NCBI GenBank assembly: GCA_965656605.1
Contig: CBFHLC010000005.1
Span: forward strand, 8,299 to 72,298
DNA length: 64,000 nucleotides
From: Litorivicinus sp.
GTDB taxonomy: Bacteria > Pseudomonadota > Gammaproteobacteria > Pseudomonadales > Litorivicinaceae
Reading direction: 5' to 3'
Within the stretch, counting starts at the first letter, position 1. The number at the start of each line of letters is the position of its first letter. Made by a program: the position numbers and the translations under genes. Positions 48,924-58,392 of this stretch are shown here, piece by piece. Below the pieces are notes generated by a model. It was not told the origin of the DNA. It was given only the letters and a program-made list of their open reading frames with translations, and ran no database searches.

Positions 48924-50036
48924 GTGCAGTCTTTTTGGAATTTATTAGAGCCCTGGATGAGCATGCTGTCGATCAGTCGTGACGCGGTACAGACCTTGTC
49001 GTGGGTATTCGGCGTGATCGTCATCACCTTGCTGGTGGGCTTCTTTGTTCGCCGCTCGCTGATTAGTCTGTCAAATCGGTCGGCCTTGAGGGGCGGGTAT
49101 CGCCACGCCACAGTGCTCAGCGCAATGGGCCCCGCGCGAGCCATGGTCTGGGTGTTGGGTTTGTCCAGCGCCGCCGAAGTGGCGTTGTTGGGGACCGAGC
49201 TGGGCGATTGGGTTGATCCGATTCGTGAAACCGGCGTGGTGCTGTCAATCACCTGGTTTGTAATCCGCCTGGTGCGCAATTACGAGCAAGCTCTGATCTC
49301 AGGATCCAAGGGCAGTGGGCGCATTGATCGGACGACCGCTGAGGCGATCGGACGCTTGTTGCGCATCGCGGTCATCATTACCGCCTCCTTGATTGTCCTG
49401 CAGACCTTTGGATTTAGCCTGTCGGGTGTTCTGGCCTTTGGTGGTGTCGGCGGCATCGCGGTCGGCTTCGCAGCTAAGGATCTGCTGTCGAACTTCTTTG
49501 GCGGGTTCTTTATCTATACCGATCGTCCGTTCGTGGTGGGGGATTGGATTCGCTCACCGGATCGGGACATCGAGGGTACCGTAGAGCACATCGGGTGGCG
49601 TCTGACTCGAATTCGCACCTTTGATAAGCGGCCGTTGTATGTCCCCAACTCGACATTTTTGTCGATCGCGGTCGAAAACCCATCGCGCATGACCAATCGT
49701 AGAATCTACGAAACCATTGGGGTTCGATATGAGGACGGCGCGCGTATTTCCGGTATCATCCAGAGCGTTGAAAGCATGCTGCGCGAGCACGCAGACATCG
49801 ACACGGATCAAACACTGATCGTTAACCTAAATAAGTTCGGACCCAGCTCGTTAGACTTTTTCGTCTACAGCTTTACCAAAACCACTGACTGGGTCGAGTA
49901 TCACGGAATCAAGCAAGATGTGATGCTCAAGATCTTGAATATTATCGAGGCGGCCGGCGGCGAATGTGCCTACCCGACCACCACTGTACACCTGACACAG
50001 GACTCGCAAGTCGAATGGAAACCGTTGAATCCATGA
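48924..50036 (+). CDS. mechanosensitive ion channel family protein (MscS-like)
   Basis: Has N-terminal TM helices, then the MscS beta-domain motif AKDLLSNFFGGFFIYTDRPFVVGDWI. GTG start. Confidence 0.88.
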   Translation: MQSFWNLLEPWMSMLSISRDAVQTLSWVFGVIVITLLVGFFVRRSLISLSNRSALRGGYRHATVLSAMGPARAMVWVLGLSSAAEVALLGTELGDWVDPIRETGVVLSITWFVIRLVRNYEQALISGSKGSGRIDRTTAEAIGRLLRIAVIITASLIVLQTFGFSLSGVLAFGGVGGIAVGFAAKDLLSNFFGGFFIYTDRPFVVGDWIRSPDRDIEGTVEHIGWRLTRIRTFDKRPLYVPNSTFLSIAVENPSRMTNRRIYETIGVRYEDGARISGIIQSVESMLREHADIDTDQTLIVNLNKFGPSSLDFFVYSFTKTTDWVEYHGIKQDVMLKILNIIEAAGGECAYPTTTVHLTQDSQVEWKPLNP

Positions 50037-50569
50037 ACCTGGCGTTGGCGCAAGCCGACTGCCTAGCCACTCAAACCGAAGTGGACGCCTGCCTAGACCG
50101 CATGGCCAGCAATATCACCAAGAAATTAGGCGACCAGATGCCTTTGATCTTGTGCGTCATGCGCGGTGGGATCGTGACCTGCGGCAGCCTGCTGCCCAAG
50201 CTAACCTTCCCCTTGCAGGTGGATTACGTGCACGCCAGCCGCTACCGCGACAAAGAGCGTGGTGGACAGCTGGAGTGGTCCGTTAAACCGCAATTCGATC
50301 TGAAAGATCGTGTGGTGTTGTTGGTCGATGACATTCTGGACGAGGGTCATACTCTGGCTGCCGTGCGTGAGCATTGCCAAGCCGAGGGAGCCAGCAACGT
50401 ATTGACGGCTGTGTTGGTTGACAAGATTCACGATCGCCGCAGTGATCGTCTAACTAAAGCGGACTTCACAGGCTTGTACACACCCGATCGCTTCTTGTTC
50501 GGCGCAGGTATGGACTTCAAAGGCTACTGGCGCAACGCACCTGGCATTTATGCCGTTGCCGAGGACTAA
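50033..50569 (+). CDS. hpt: hypoxanthine-guanine phosphoribosyltransferase
   Basis: Contains the PRPP-binding motif VVLLVDDILDEGHTL. 178 aa, with an ATGA overlap with the mscS stop. The ORF is open from 49964 inside mscS. Confidence 0.85.
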   Translation: MNLALAQADCLATQTEVDACLDRMASNITKKLGDQMPLILCVMRGGIVTCGSLLPKLTFPLQVDYVHASRYRDKERGGQLEWSVKPQFDLKDRVVLLVDDILDEGHTLAAVREHCQAEGASNVLTAVLVDKIHDRRSDRLTKADFTGLYTPDRFLFGAGMDFKGYWRNAPGIYAVAED

Positions 50570-51150
50570 CTGTCCTCCGTACGTGTGTAGGTGATCAACA
50601 CACCTAGCATGGGGTGGTCCAGATAATGGACCACGCCGCTACGCGCACGACGAACTTCTTTCAGTTGCGCGGTGAACGGGCCCTCGGGTGACCCATCCAA
50701 GACCCGTTGGCTGACCAAATCGATGTCAGCCTCGATAAAACGAGCAATCGAGAAGCGGATGCTGCCTTGCAGCTCGAAGCCGCGTCCAAATCCTAGATTC
50801 TGACCGCCGATGATCGACACCGCTCGATCGCGTCCTTTGGGCTTCATGCCGTGTAACCATCGCTCGTGGAACAACACATTTTTGCCCAGGGCACGCAATT
50901 TAGCTGCCTGCTCATTCAGCGTTCGTTGATCGGATGCATAGGGCTGCAGCACTAATAAACCGTTTTCGAGTTCAGCGTCCAAACCCAGCATCGAGGTGGG
51001 GCGCACGATGGGTTGCAGTCCCCGTGGAATGGTTTCGCCCACCGCCAGGGGGTCGGTGGTATGTTGAAATACCAAGACCTCGACTTCGTAAAAGCGGGTT
51101 TCTGCCCACGCCATGGGTGCAAACAGCAGGGCAATTAATAGCGTTCTCAT
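50566..51150 (-). CDS. CsiV-family (DUF2803) peptidoglycan-binding periplasmic protein
   Basis: Has a signal peptide and YEVEVLVFQH near the N-terminus, with YLDHPMLGVLI near the C-terminus. It lies immediately downstream of mfd, as I recall for this family. Confidence 0.6.
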   Translation of the reverse strand: MRTLLIALLFAPMAWAETRFYEVEVLVFQHTTDPLAVGETIPRGLQPIVRPTSMLGLDAELENGLLVLQPYASDQRTLNEQAAKLRALGKNVLFHERWLHGMKPKGRDRAVSIIGGQNLGFGRGFELQGSIRFSIARFIEADIDLVSQRVLDGSPEGPFTAQLKEVRRARSGVVHYLDHPMLGVLITYTRTEDS

Positions 51151-54100
51151 GCGGTGGCCTTGTCCGGTTCAATCAGCTCGAACAGCGAATCCAACAGTTC
51201 AAATCGGCTGTCCTCAGTGGGGCAATCCTGAACGATTTTGAGTGAGTCTGCACCGTCCAGCCGGTACCGCTTGGGTAACTTCTGTACAAGCTGAATTAGT
51301 TTGATCGGCTCGACGGGCGTTGATGGACCGAACTCGATCTTGCCGCCTTTCTCGCCGGCGCTGATGCGTGACAGTCCCAGCTGTTTGGCGCGCACACGCA
51401 GGTGCCCCTGACGAATCAGGTTGTGCACTGGCATTGGAAGGGTGCCAAAACGATCGACCATCTCGATGCGAATGTCCTCCAGCTGCTCGGGGTTTTTCGC
51501 ACTGGCGATGCGTTTGTAGAGCTCCAGACGTGCCGGTACGTCGGGCAGGAACTCGTCGGGAATCAGGGCGGCAACTTTTAGGTCGACCTCGACGCCGCTG
51601 CGCAGCGGCTTTTCTAGGGCCGGTTCACGCCCGTCGCGGATCGCTTTGACCGCCTCTTCAAGCATCTCCATGTACAGACTGAATCCAATGGTCTGCATCT
51701 GGCCGGATTGTTGATCGCCCAACAGCTCGCCCGCGCCACGAATTTCCAAGTCCTGACTGGCCAGCATGAATCCAGCGCCCAGATCCGTGGCCATGCCAAT
51801 CGCCTCGAGGCGTTTGACCGCATCGTTGCTCAAGGCACTCGGATCGGGGGTCAGTAGATAGGCATAGGCTTGGTGGTGACTTCGCCCGACCCGACCACGC
51901 AGCTGATGCAGTTGGGCTAATCCGAATTTGTCGGCCCGATCGATCAGGATAGTGTTGGCATTGGGTACATCGATGCCGGTCTCGATAATAGTCGAACACA
52001 CCAGCACGTTGAATCGCTTGTGATAGAAATCGCTCATCACAGATTCCAGCTCGCGTTCACGCATTTGTCCGTGGCCCACCACGACCCGTGCCTCTGGAAT
52101 CAACTCCCGCAGACGCTCAGCGGTGCGCTCGATCGTTTTTACATCGTTGTGCAAATAATAGACCTGACCGCCACGCAGCAATTCACGCAGCACCGCCTCT
52201 TTGATCAGGGGCAGATCAAAGCTTTTGATAAAAGTCTTGACCGACAAACGACGAGCCGGGGGTGTGGCAATGATTGACAGATCACGCAGTCCGGACATTG
52301 CCATGTTCAGGGTGCGCGGAATCGGGGTGGCGGTCATCGCCAGCATGTCGACTTCGCTGCGCAGTGATTTGATGGCTTCTTTCTGGGTGACGCCGAAGCG
52401 GTGTTCCTCGTCGACAATCAGCAATCCTAGATTTTTGAATTTTAGATCGCGAGATAGCAATTTGTGGGTGCCGACCAGAATATCGACCGTACCTTGGGCA
52501 GTCTTGTCTAGCACTGCAGTGGTTTCTTTGCTGCTTCGAAAGCGTGACAGCAATTCGATATTGACCGGCCAATCCGCAAATCGGTCACGGAAATTTTCCC
52601 AGTGCTGCTGGGCCAGTAGTGTGGTGGGCACCAGAATCGCCACCTGATAGCCCGCTTGGACTGCAACAAACGCCGCCCGCAAGGCCACTTCAGTTTTACC
52701 AAAGCCCACGTCACCACAGACTAGGCGATCCATCGGAGTGGGGGCCTTTAGATCATCGACTACCGCATCAATGGCGGTTTGCTGATCGGGCGTGGTTTCA
52801 AACGGGAACGCATCGCAGAAACGCTGATACTCCAGCTCGTCCAGTGCGTGTGACTTGCCAGGTCGGGCAGCGCGTCGTGCATAGATATCCAATAGTTCGG
52901 CGGCTTTGTCCCTAACCGCCTCGGCGGCTTTGCGGCGGGCCTTGCTCCAACGCTCGGAGCCCAGTTTGTCATGCGGTGCGTTATCGGGATCGGCGCCGGC
53001 ATAACGGGCCAGCAAATCCAGATCGACCACCGGCACGTACAACTTTGATCCTCCGGCGTATTCCAGCGTTACAAACTCCAGCGTGTCCTGCTCGATCGTC
53101 AGCGTCTGTAAGCCGCTGTAGCGGCCGATGCCGTGCTCGACGTGGACCACCGGATCGCCTTCCTTGAGTTCGGATAGATCACGGACCTGTAAATCCGGAA
53201 CAATTTGGTGTTTTTTGCGCTGCCGGCGTTGCGGGACAGCAGAGCCAATCAGGGCCGCCTCGGGAATAATCGCCAGGCCATCGACAATGAAGCCTTTGTC
53301 TAAACCGCCCAGGGCGATCGCAAGCTTCTCTTTGCCTAGGCCTTGCAGTGTTTGCACGTTGGCAGGCTGGTGTTCACTGTTCAGACGCTCCAGCAGGCTG
53401 GCCTGTCGGCCGGCGGATTCAGCGACCAGCAACACCTGTCCATCGTAGCCATCGATAAACTGGTACAGCGCATTTAACGGGTTTTGGGAGCGCGCGTTCA
53501 GCGCCACGTCCGGCAGGGGTTTGACCGGGATTTCACTGACGCCAGCACTGCCAGGGGCTTCGTGAGTAATAAACAGCCGGCCCATTTGGTTCAGGTTGTG
53601 ATTGACCACTTCGCTGCGCAGATACAGCGCCTCGGGCGCGAGCAGTGGCCGCAGTCGGTCGTTCTTCATGTTTTCGTAGCGCAGATGCACATCGCGCAAG
53701 AACTTTTCGATGGCCACATCCACGTTACCTACGCTGATCGCACGAACCGCTGGGGGTAGGTAGTCAAACAGGGTGCTTAAGCCGTCAAAGAACAGCGGCA
53801 AATAATATTCAACACCGCTGGGTGGCAGGCCGTCAGAGACGTCGTTGTAGACAGGGCATTCGCGAGGGTTGCCGTCAAAGGTCTCGTGCCAGTTGCCACG
53901 GAAGCGACGTATGCCAGCGTCGTCCAGGTCTGCCTCGCGGGCCGGCAACATCCGAATGTTGTCGACTTTGTTGATTGTGCGTTGGGTTTCGGGGTCGAAC
54001 GCGCGTAGGGTGTCGATCTCGTCATCAAATAAATCAACGCGGTAGGGCAGTTGACTGCCCATCGGGTACAAATCCAGCAAGTTACCGCGAACCGCGTACT

Positions 54101-54560
54101 CGCCGTGTTCGTAGACCGTGTCGACCCGACGATAGCCGCCTTTTTCCAGCCGGCGACGAAACGCATCCAGATCCAACTTTTCCCCGACCGACATTTGAAA
54201 GGCAGCCCCGTCTAGCCAGCTTTTCGGAACCAAGCGCTGGACCAGCACCTGAGCCGGCACGATGATCAAACCACTGGAGAGCTGCGGCATCTGCGCCAAG
54301 GTGCCCAGACGCGCCGATACAATGTCGTCGTGCGGCGAGAAGCTGTCATATGGTAGGGTTTCCCAGTCAGGCAAGCTGTGCAGTTCAGCGTCCGGCGCGA
54401 AGAAAGGGATCTCGCGTTCTAATCGCTGTGCACTAGCGCTGTCAGGCGTGACCACCAGCAATGGCCCGCGGGCCTGATGCCAAGCTTCGGATAGGGCGTA
54501 GGCCCACGCGTAGTCTGAGGCGGTCCATGCTTGACGATCGCCGGCACTGGGTAATTTCAA
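51147..54560 (-). CDS. mfd: transcription-repair coupling factor
   Basis: 1137 aa. Has a CarD-like domain (DPVVHVEHGIGRY) and superfamily-2 helicase motifs (GDVGFGKTEVA, DEEHRFG, LAMTATPIPRT, QLHQLRGRVGR). Confidence 0.97.
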   Translation of the reverse strand: MKLPSAGDRQAWTASDYAWAYALSEAWHQARGPLLVVTPDSASAQRLEREIPFFAPDAELHSLPDWETLPYDSFSPHDDIVSARLGTLAQMPQLSSGLIIVPAQVLVQRLVPKSWLDGAAFQMSVGEKLDLDAFRRRLEKGGYRRVDTVYEHGEYAVRGNLLDLYPMGSQLPYRVDLFDDEIDTLRAFDPETQRTINKVDNIRMLPAREADLDDAGIRRFRGNWHETFDGNPRECPVYNDVSDGLPPSGVEYYLPLFFDGLSTLFDYLPPAVRAISVGNVDVAIEKFLRDVHLRYENMKNDRLRPLLAPEALYLRSEVVNHNLNQMGRLFITHEAPGSAGVSEIPVKPLPDVALNARSQNPLNALYQFIDGYDGQVLLVAESAGRQASLLERLNSEHQPANVQTLQGLGKEKLAIALGGLDKGFIVDGLAIIPEAALIGSAVPQRRQRKKHQIVPDLQVRDLSELKEGDPVVHVEHGIGRYSGLQTLTIEQDTLEFVTLEYAGGSKLYVPVVDLDLLARYAGADPDNAPHDKLGSERWSKARRKAAEAVRDKAAELLDIYARRAARPGKSHALDELEYQRFCDAFPFETTPDQQTAIDAVVDDLKAPTPMDRLVCGDVGFGKTEVALRAAFVAVQAGYQVAILVPTTLLAQQHWENFRDRFADWPVNIELLSRFRSSKETTAVLDKTAQGTVDILVGTHKLLSRDLKFKNLGLLIVDEEHRFGVTQKEAIKSLRSEVDMLAMTATPIPRTLNMAMSGLRDLSIIATPPARRLSVKTFIKSFDLPLIKEAVLRELLRGGQVYYLHNDVKTIERTAERLRELIPEARVVVGHGQMRERELESVMSDFYHKRFNVLVCSTIIETGIDVPNANTILIDRADKFGLAQLHQLRGRVGRSHHQAYAYLLTPDPSALSNDAVKRLEAIGMATDLGAGFMLASQDLEIRGAGELLGDQQSGQMQTIGFSLYMEMLEEAVKAIRDGREPALEKPLRSGVEVDLKVAALIPDEFLPDVPARLELYKRIASAKNPEQLEDIRIEMVDRFGTLPMPVHNLIRQGHLRVRAKQLGLSRISAGEKGGKIEFGPSTPVEPIKLIQLVQKLPKRYRLDGADSLKIVQDCPTEDSRFELLDSLFELIEPDKATA

Positions 54561-54632
54561 TTGGGGTTACCTTGGGTAATTTTTTATCGAGCGTAGTATA
54601 CCCGACGCTTGCACTGGATTTGAGATGGAACA

Positions 54633-55697
54633 ATGACACGGATCGCCATTGACCCAAAGATTTTAGGCGCACAGGAATGGTTGGCTCCTTTGGGCGAGCT
54701 GGTTCCGGTCGTCGGACGAGACACGAACCCACGCGATCTTGCGGATTGCCATGCCATGGTAATTCGCTCAGTGACCCGGGTGACGCCGGCATTGCTGCAG
54801 GATTCGCAGGTAAAGTTCGTCGGTACCACCACCATCGGCTATGACCATATCGACCGCACCTATTTGGCGTTGCAGCAGATCAGCTGGACCAATGCGCCAG
54901 GGTGTAATGCATTGGCGGTGGCGGACTATGTTGAATCCTCGCTGGCCCACTGGAGTCAGCACAATCAACGTCCCATCGAAGGGTTAACCTGCGGTGTTGT
55001 CGGTGTTGGTGGGATTGGGCAGATCGTGGCCCAGCGCCTCAGTGCGATGCATTGCAAGGTCTTACTCAATGACCCGCCCCGATTTGCCGAGGGCAAACTG
55101 GCGGAACATCACGATCTAGATGAGTTATTGGATCGCTGTGATGTGATTTCGGTGCACGTGCCGCTGATCACCGAGGGTGATCATCCCACGCGACACTTAA
55201 TCGGTGAGCAGCAACTGGCGCGTCTGCATTCACGCCAGCTACTTATTTCCGCAGGACGTGGGGCGGCGGTGGACAATCACGCCCTGTCCCAGCGCCTGGA
55301 TCAGCCAGATGCGCCGCAGGTGGTGTTGGATGTGTGGGACAACGAACCCAACATTTTGCCGGAGTTGTGGCCTAAAGCATTGATCGCAACACCGCACATC
55401 GCCGGACACGCACTAGAGGGAAAACTGCGCGGTACGCAAATCGTTGCCCGTCGCTTGGCTGAACACCTAGGCATTCCCTTTCAAGGTCCGCGGGTGCGCG
55501 AGGTGGCCGAGACGATGCTCAAGAAAACAGAATCCTTGGCTAATTTGGATTGGCGCCTGCGCGCCCAGCAAATCTATGACGTTCGTCAGGACGATCGACG
55601 CTTCCGCGAGGCGCTGCAGGGGTTAAGGGGGGATGCGCTAAGGCAAGCCTTCGATGGCCTGCGCGATAACTACCCAAAGCGGCGAGAAATCCACTGA
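54633..55697 (+). CDS. pdxB: 4-phosphoerythronate dehydrogenase
   Basis: Aligns with the E. coli PdxB N-terminus (MVIRSVTRVTPALL, KFVGTTTIGYDHID, APGCNALAVADYV). Has the NAD motif GVVGVGGIG and catalytic TPHIAGH. Confidence 0.9.
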   Translation: MTRIAIDPKILGAQEWLAPLGELVPVVGRDTNPRDLADCHAMVIRSVTRVTPALLQDSQVKFVGTTTIGYDHIDRTYLALQQISWTNAPGCNALAVADYVESSLAHWSQHNQRPIEGLTCGVVGVGGIGQIVAQRLSAMHCKVLLNDPPRFAEGKLAEHHDLDELLDRCDVISVHVPLITEGDHPTRHLIGEQQLARLHSRQLLISAGRGAAVDNHALSQRLDQPDAPQVVLDVWDNEPNILPELWPKALIATPHIAGHALEGKLRGTQIVARRLAEHLGIPFQGPRVREVAETMLKKTESLANLDWRLRAQQIYDVRQDDRRFREALQGLRGDALRQAFDGLRDNYPKRREIH

Positions 55698-55738
55698 TCC
55701 TTTTGTTAGGTTAAGCAAAACTTAACAAGGATCCCCAC

Positions 55739-56614
55739 ATGAAAGTTGCTTTTATCGGTCTAGGTGTCATGGGTTACCCCATGGCCGGCCACTTGGTCCG
55801 TGCCGACTTCGATGTTCACGTATTCAATCGCACTCACAGCAAAGCTCAGGCATGGGCGGCTGAGTTTGGCGGTCATGCCTTTGATTCGGTGGCCGATGCG
55901 GTCGCTGAGGTGGACCAAATTCTGATGTGCGTGGGTGATGATGCGGACGTGCGTGAGCGCATGGCCGAGGTGGTTGTGGCTGCCAAGCCCGGCACCATCG
56001 TTGTTGATCACACCACCACCAGTGCACAGCTGGCTCGTGATATGGACGCATTGTGTCGACAGCACCAGCTGCAGTGGGTCGATGCGCCGGTGAGTGGCGG
56101 TCAAGCCGGTGCTGAGAATGGCCAGCTGACGATCATGTGTGGTGGGGACGAAATCAGCTACGGCTACGCCGAACCCGTCATGAGTGTGTATGCCCGTCAA
56201 TGTCGTCTGATGGGACCTGCAGGCTCGGGTCAGCTGACCAAGATGGTTAACCAAATTTGTATCGCAGGCGTGCTGCAAGGCTTGGCCGAGGGCTTGAGCT
56301 TTGCCAATGCGGCGGGCTTAGATGGCGAGGCGGTCATCGAAGTCATCAGCAAAGGGGCGGCTCAGTCCTGGCAGATGGAGAATCGTTACCAGACGATGTT
56401 GGCAGGGGAATACGATCTGGGGTTTGCGGTTCAGTGGATGCGCAAAGACCTAGGTCATGTGTTAACCGAGGGGCGCCGCAACGATAGCTCTTTGCCGTTA
56501 ACCGCGATGGTCGATCAGTTCTACGCCGAGGTGGAAAACCTAGGCGGCAGTCGTTGGGACACCAGCAGCCTGCTGGCTCGACTCGAGAACACCCGCCGTG
56601 GCCCTCAGCGCTAA
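55739..56614 (+). CDS. NAD(P)-dependent oxidoreductase, 3-hydroxyisobutyrate / 2-hydroxy-3-oxopropionate reductase family
   Basis: Contains the Rossmann motif KVAFIGLGVMGYPMAGHL, DAPVSGG and GSGQLTKMVNQ, characteristic of the HIBADH/TSAR family. Confidence 0.85.
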   Translation: MKVAFIGLGVMGYPMAGHLVRADFDVHVFNRTHSKAQAWAAEFGGHAFDSVADAVAEVDQILMCVGDDADVRERMAEVVVAAKPGTIVVDHTTTSAQLARDMDALCRQHQLQWVDAPVSGGQAGAENGQLTIMCGGDEISYGYAEPVMSVYARQCRLMGPAGSGQLTKMVNQICIAGVLQGLAEGLSFANAAGLDGEAVIEVISKGAAQSWQMENRYQTMLAGEYDLGFAVQWMRKDLGHVLTEGRRNDSSLPLTAMVDQFYAEVENLGGSRWDTSSLLARLENTRRGPQR

Positions 56615-57023
56615 AGACAGAGCGCTGGGTTGGTTGGCCCGCCGCGAGTACGGTTTTGAAGAGCTGGTCCAGCGCCTGATTAGGGATGTGGATCAGACGC
56701 CGGACGAGGCGCGTCAGCTGGTACAGTTGCTTGCGGATAACAACCTACAATCGGACGAGCGCTTTGTTGAGTCGTTTGTCCGATCGCGTCTAGCAAAGCT
56801 CAATGGCCCGCTGAAAATCAAAGCCGAGCTGCGTCAACGTGGGATCAACGATGGGCGAATTCAGCAGGAACTCAGTGGTCAGAATTGGCACGAACTAGCC
56901 GAGCAACGGCGTTCGCGGAAGTTTGGCGAGGCGTTGCCCACAGAGCGCAACGAAAAAGCTCGCCAGATGCGACACCTGGCGGGCCAAGGATTTCCTGAAT
57001 CCGTGGTCAGAGACTTGTTCTAA
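56598..57023 (+). CDS. recX: recombination regulator RecX
   Basis: ALGWLARREYGFEELVQRL, LQSDERFVESFVRSR and repeated three-helix modules are RecX-like. 141 aa, GTG start. Confidence 0.8.
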   Translation: MALSAKDRALGWLARREYGFEELVQRLIRDVDQTPDEARQLVQLLADNNLQSDERFVESFVRSRLAKLNGPLKIKAELRQRGINDGRIQQELSGQNWHELAEQRRSRKFGEALPTERNEKARQMRHLAGQGFPESVVRDLF

Positions 57024-57301
57024 GCGACCTGTTCTTGGCCCAGCAGCTCTTGACTGAATAAATCCAGAGCCACTTCAGCGCGGCGCAGTGAGCTGGCCGA
57101 CGTGGTTTCCGCTTTGAGTTGTTTGTAGAAGCTGGTCACTTCTTGCGCAGTGGGGTAGTTATCCAGAGCAGCACGCTCGGCTAGAAAGCGGCGTACCCAG
57201 TAAGTGTAGTCTTCACTGGCGCGGCGGCTGACTAAGCGTTCGTGTAACAGTACTTGGTAGCGATCGAGTAAGTCGGTGGTGATAGCAGAGATAGAGTCCA
57301 T
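57020..57301 (-). CDS. stand-alone phage-integrase N-terminal SAM-like domain protein
   Basis: LLDRYQVLLHERLVSRRASEDYTYWVRRFLAE...PTAQEVTSFYKQL...SASSLRRAEVALDLFSQELL parallels the integron/XerD-like integrase N-terminal domain (LLD..R......S.RT...Y..WI+RF......P......EV..FL..L......AS....AL..L...VL). No catalytic domain follows. Confidence 0.55.
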   Translation of the reverse strand: MDSISAITTDLLDRYQVLLHERLVSRRASEDYTYWVRRFLAERAALDNYPTAQEVTSFYKQLKAETTSASSLRRAEVALDLFSQELLGQEQVA

Positions 57302-57431
57302 ATTCTGGCCCCCTGTTACAGTGGAGTAGTGGGTATGATCGATGCAGTGTAGAAAGGTTCCAGCCCGTACACGAGGGACCCCTGCTTGGACAGGAGTACT
57401 AGTCGCCTTACCCTAGTTATAATTTATTCAA

Positions 57432-58376
57432 TTACTCTGTCACAGAATGAGCCTCGTTTCCAGCTAGGCTTTGGTCTTGGGCTGCAGGCCGGACCCCTAG
57501 CGCATGGCTGACGGCAAAGCATAAATCGGCGCGGTTCAGCGTGTAGAAATGGAAGTCTTCGACCCCTTCGCTTTGCAAAGCCAAGACCTGCTCAATGGCA
57601 ATGTTAGCTGCAATCAAGTTGCGCGTTTCAGGGTCCTGATCCAACCCCTCAAACGCCTGAGCCATCCATGTCGGAACCGCAGTGCCGCAGGCCAAACTGA
57701 ATCGCTCGGTGGTCGCGAAATTCGTCACCGGCAGAATACCGGGGATAATCGGCTGCTTGATTCCCGCCAACGTGCAGCGATCACGGAAGCGCAGGTAGGC
57801 ATCGGTATCGAAAAAATACTGGGTAATCGCACTGGTGGCACCGGCGTCGAACTTGCGTTTCAGATTGTCCAAGTCAAAGGTCGAGCTGGGCGCTTCGGGA
57901 TGCACCTCGGGGTAGGCGGCCACTGCAATCTCGAAGGGATGGCGACGGGCCAGGCCTTCGACCAGATCAGCGGCATAAGCGTACCCACCTTCAGTGGGCT
58001 GATAGCGTTGGTCAGCTCCGCCGACGGGATCGCCTCGCAGGGCCATGATACGGCGCACGCCCATACTCCAATAGTCATCAGCAATCTGATCGATCTCTTC
58101 GCGAGCCGCTCCAACACAAGTCAAATGGGGCATGGTGGCCAGATCAGTCTTTGTCTTTAGGTGCTCGACAATAGTGTGAGTCCGATCGCGGGTCGATCCG
58201 TCTGCGCCATAGGTGACCGACACGAACTGCGGCGCCAAAGCACCCAAGCGATCGACCGACCGCCATAGCGCCGCCTCGGCTTTGTCCGTTTTTGGCGGGA
58301 AAAACTCAAAGCTGATTTTAGGGACCGGCAATTTTCCATGCCGGCGTTCGCGAATTTCATAAGCAGATAGAGTCAT
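57432..58376 (-). CDS. metF: 5,10-methylenetetrahydrofolate reductase
   Basis: ISFEFFPPKT, SVTYGA, HLTC and RGDP are MetF motifs. It lies 16 nt downstream of metH. Confidence 0.93.
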   Translation of the reverse strand: MTLSAYEIRERRHGKLPVPKISFEFFPPKTDKAEAALWRSVDRLGALAPQFVSVTYGADGSTRDRTHTIVEHLKTKTDLATMPHLTCVGAAREEIDQIADDYWSMGVRRIMALRGDPVGGADQRYQPTEGGYAYAADLVEGLARRHPFEIAVAAYPEVHPEAPSSTFDLDNLKRKFDAGATSAITQYFFDTDAYLRFRDRCTLAGIKQPIIPGILPVTNFATTERFSLACGTAVPTWMAQAFEGLDQDPETRNLIAANIAIEQVLALQSEGVEDFHFYTLNRADLCFAVSHALGVRPAAQDQSLAGNEAHSVTE

Positions 58377-58392
58377 AGCGTCATCCTTGCAG

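Noticed and set aside
39409-56597. The 17-kb block between recA and recX considered as a possible genomic island.
   Set aside because: The content is core metabolism and repair (thiBPQ, glcDEF, hpt, mfd, pdxB). There is no tRNA or attachment site, no full integrase or transposase, and no visible compositional shift. A rearrangement is the more likely explanation.
57312-57445. Two CTGTnACAG mini-palindromes (57312-20 and 57437-45) flanking the metF / SAM-like-ORF spacer.
   Set aside because: They are only 9 nt long, one lies inside the metF coding sequence, and the spacing does not fit a LexA box (CTGT-N8-ACAG). Likely coincidental.
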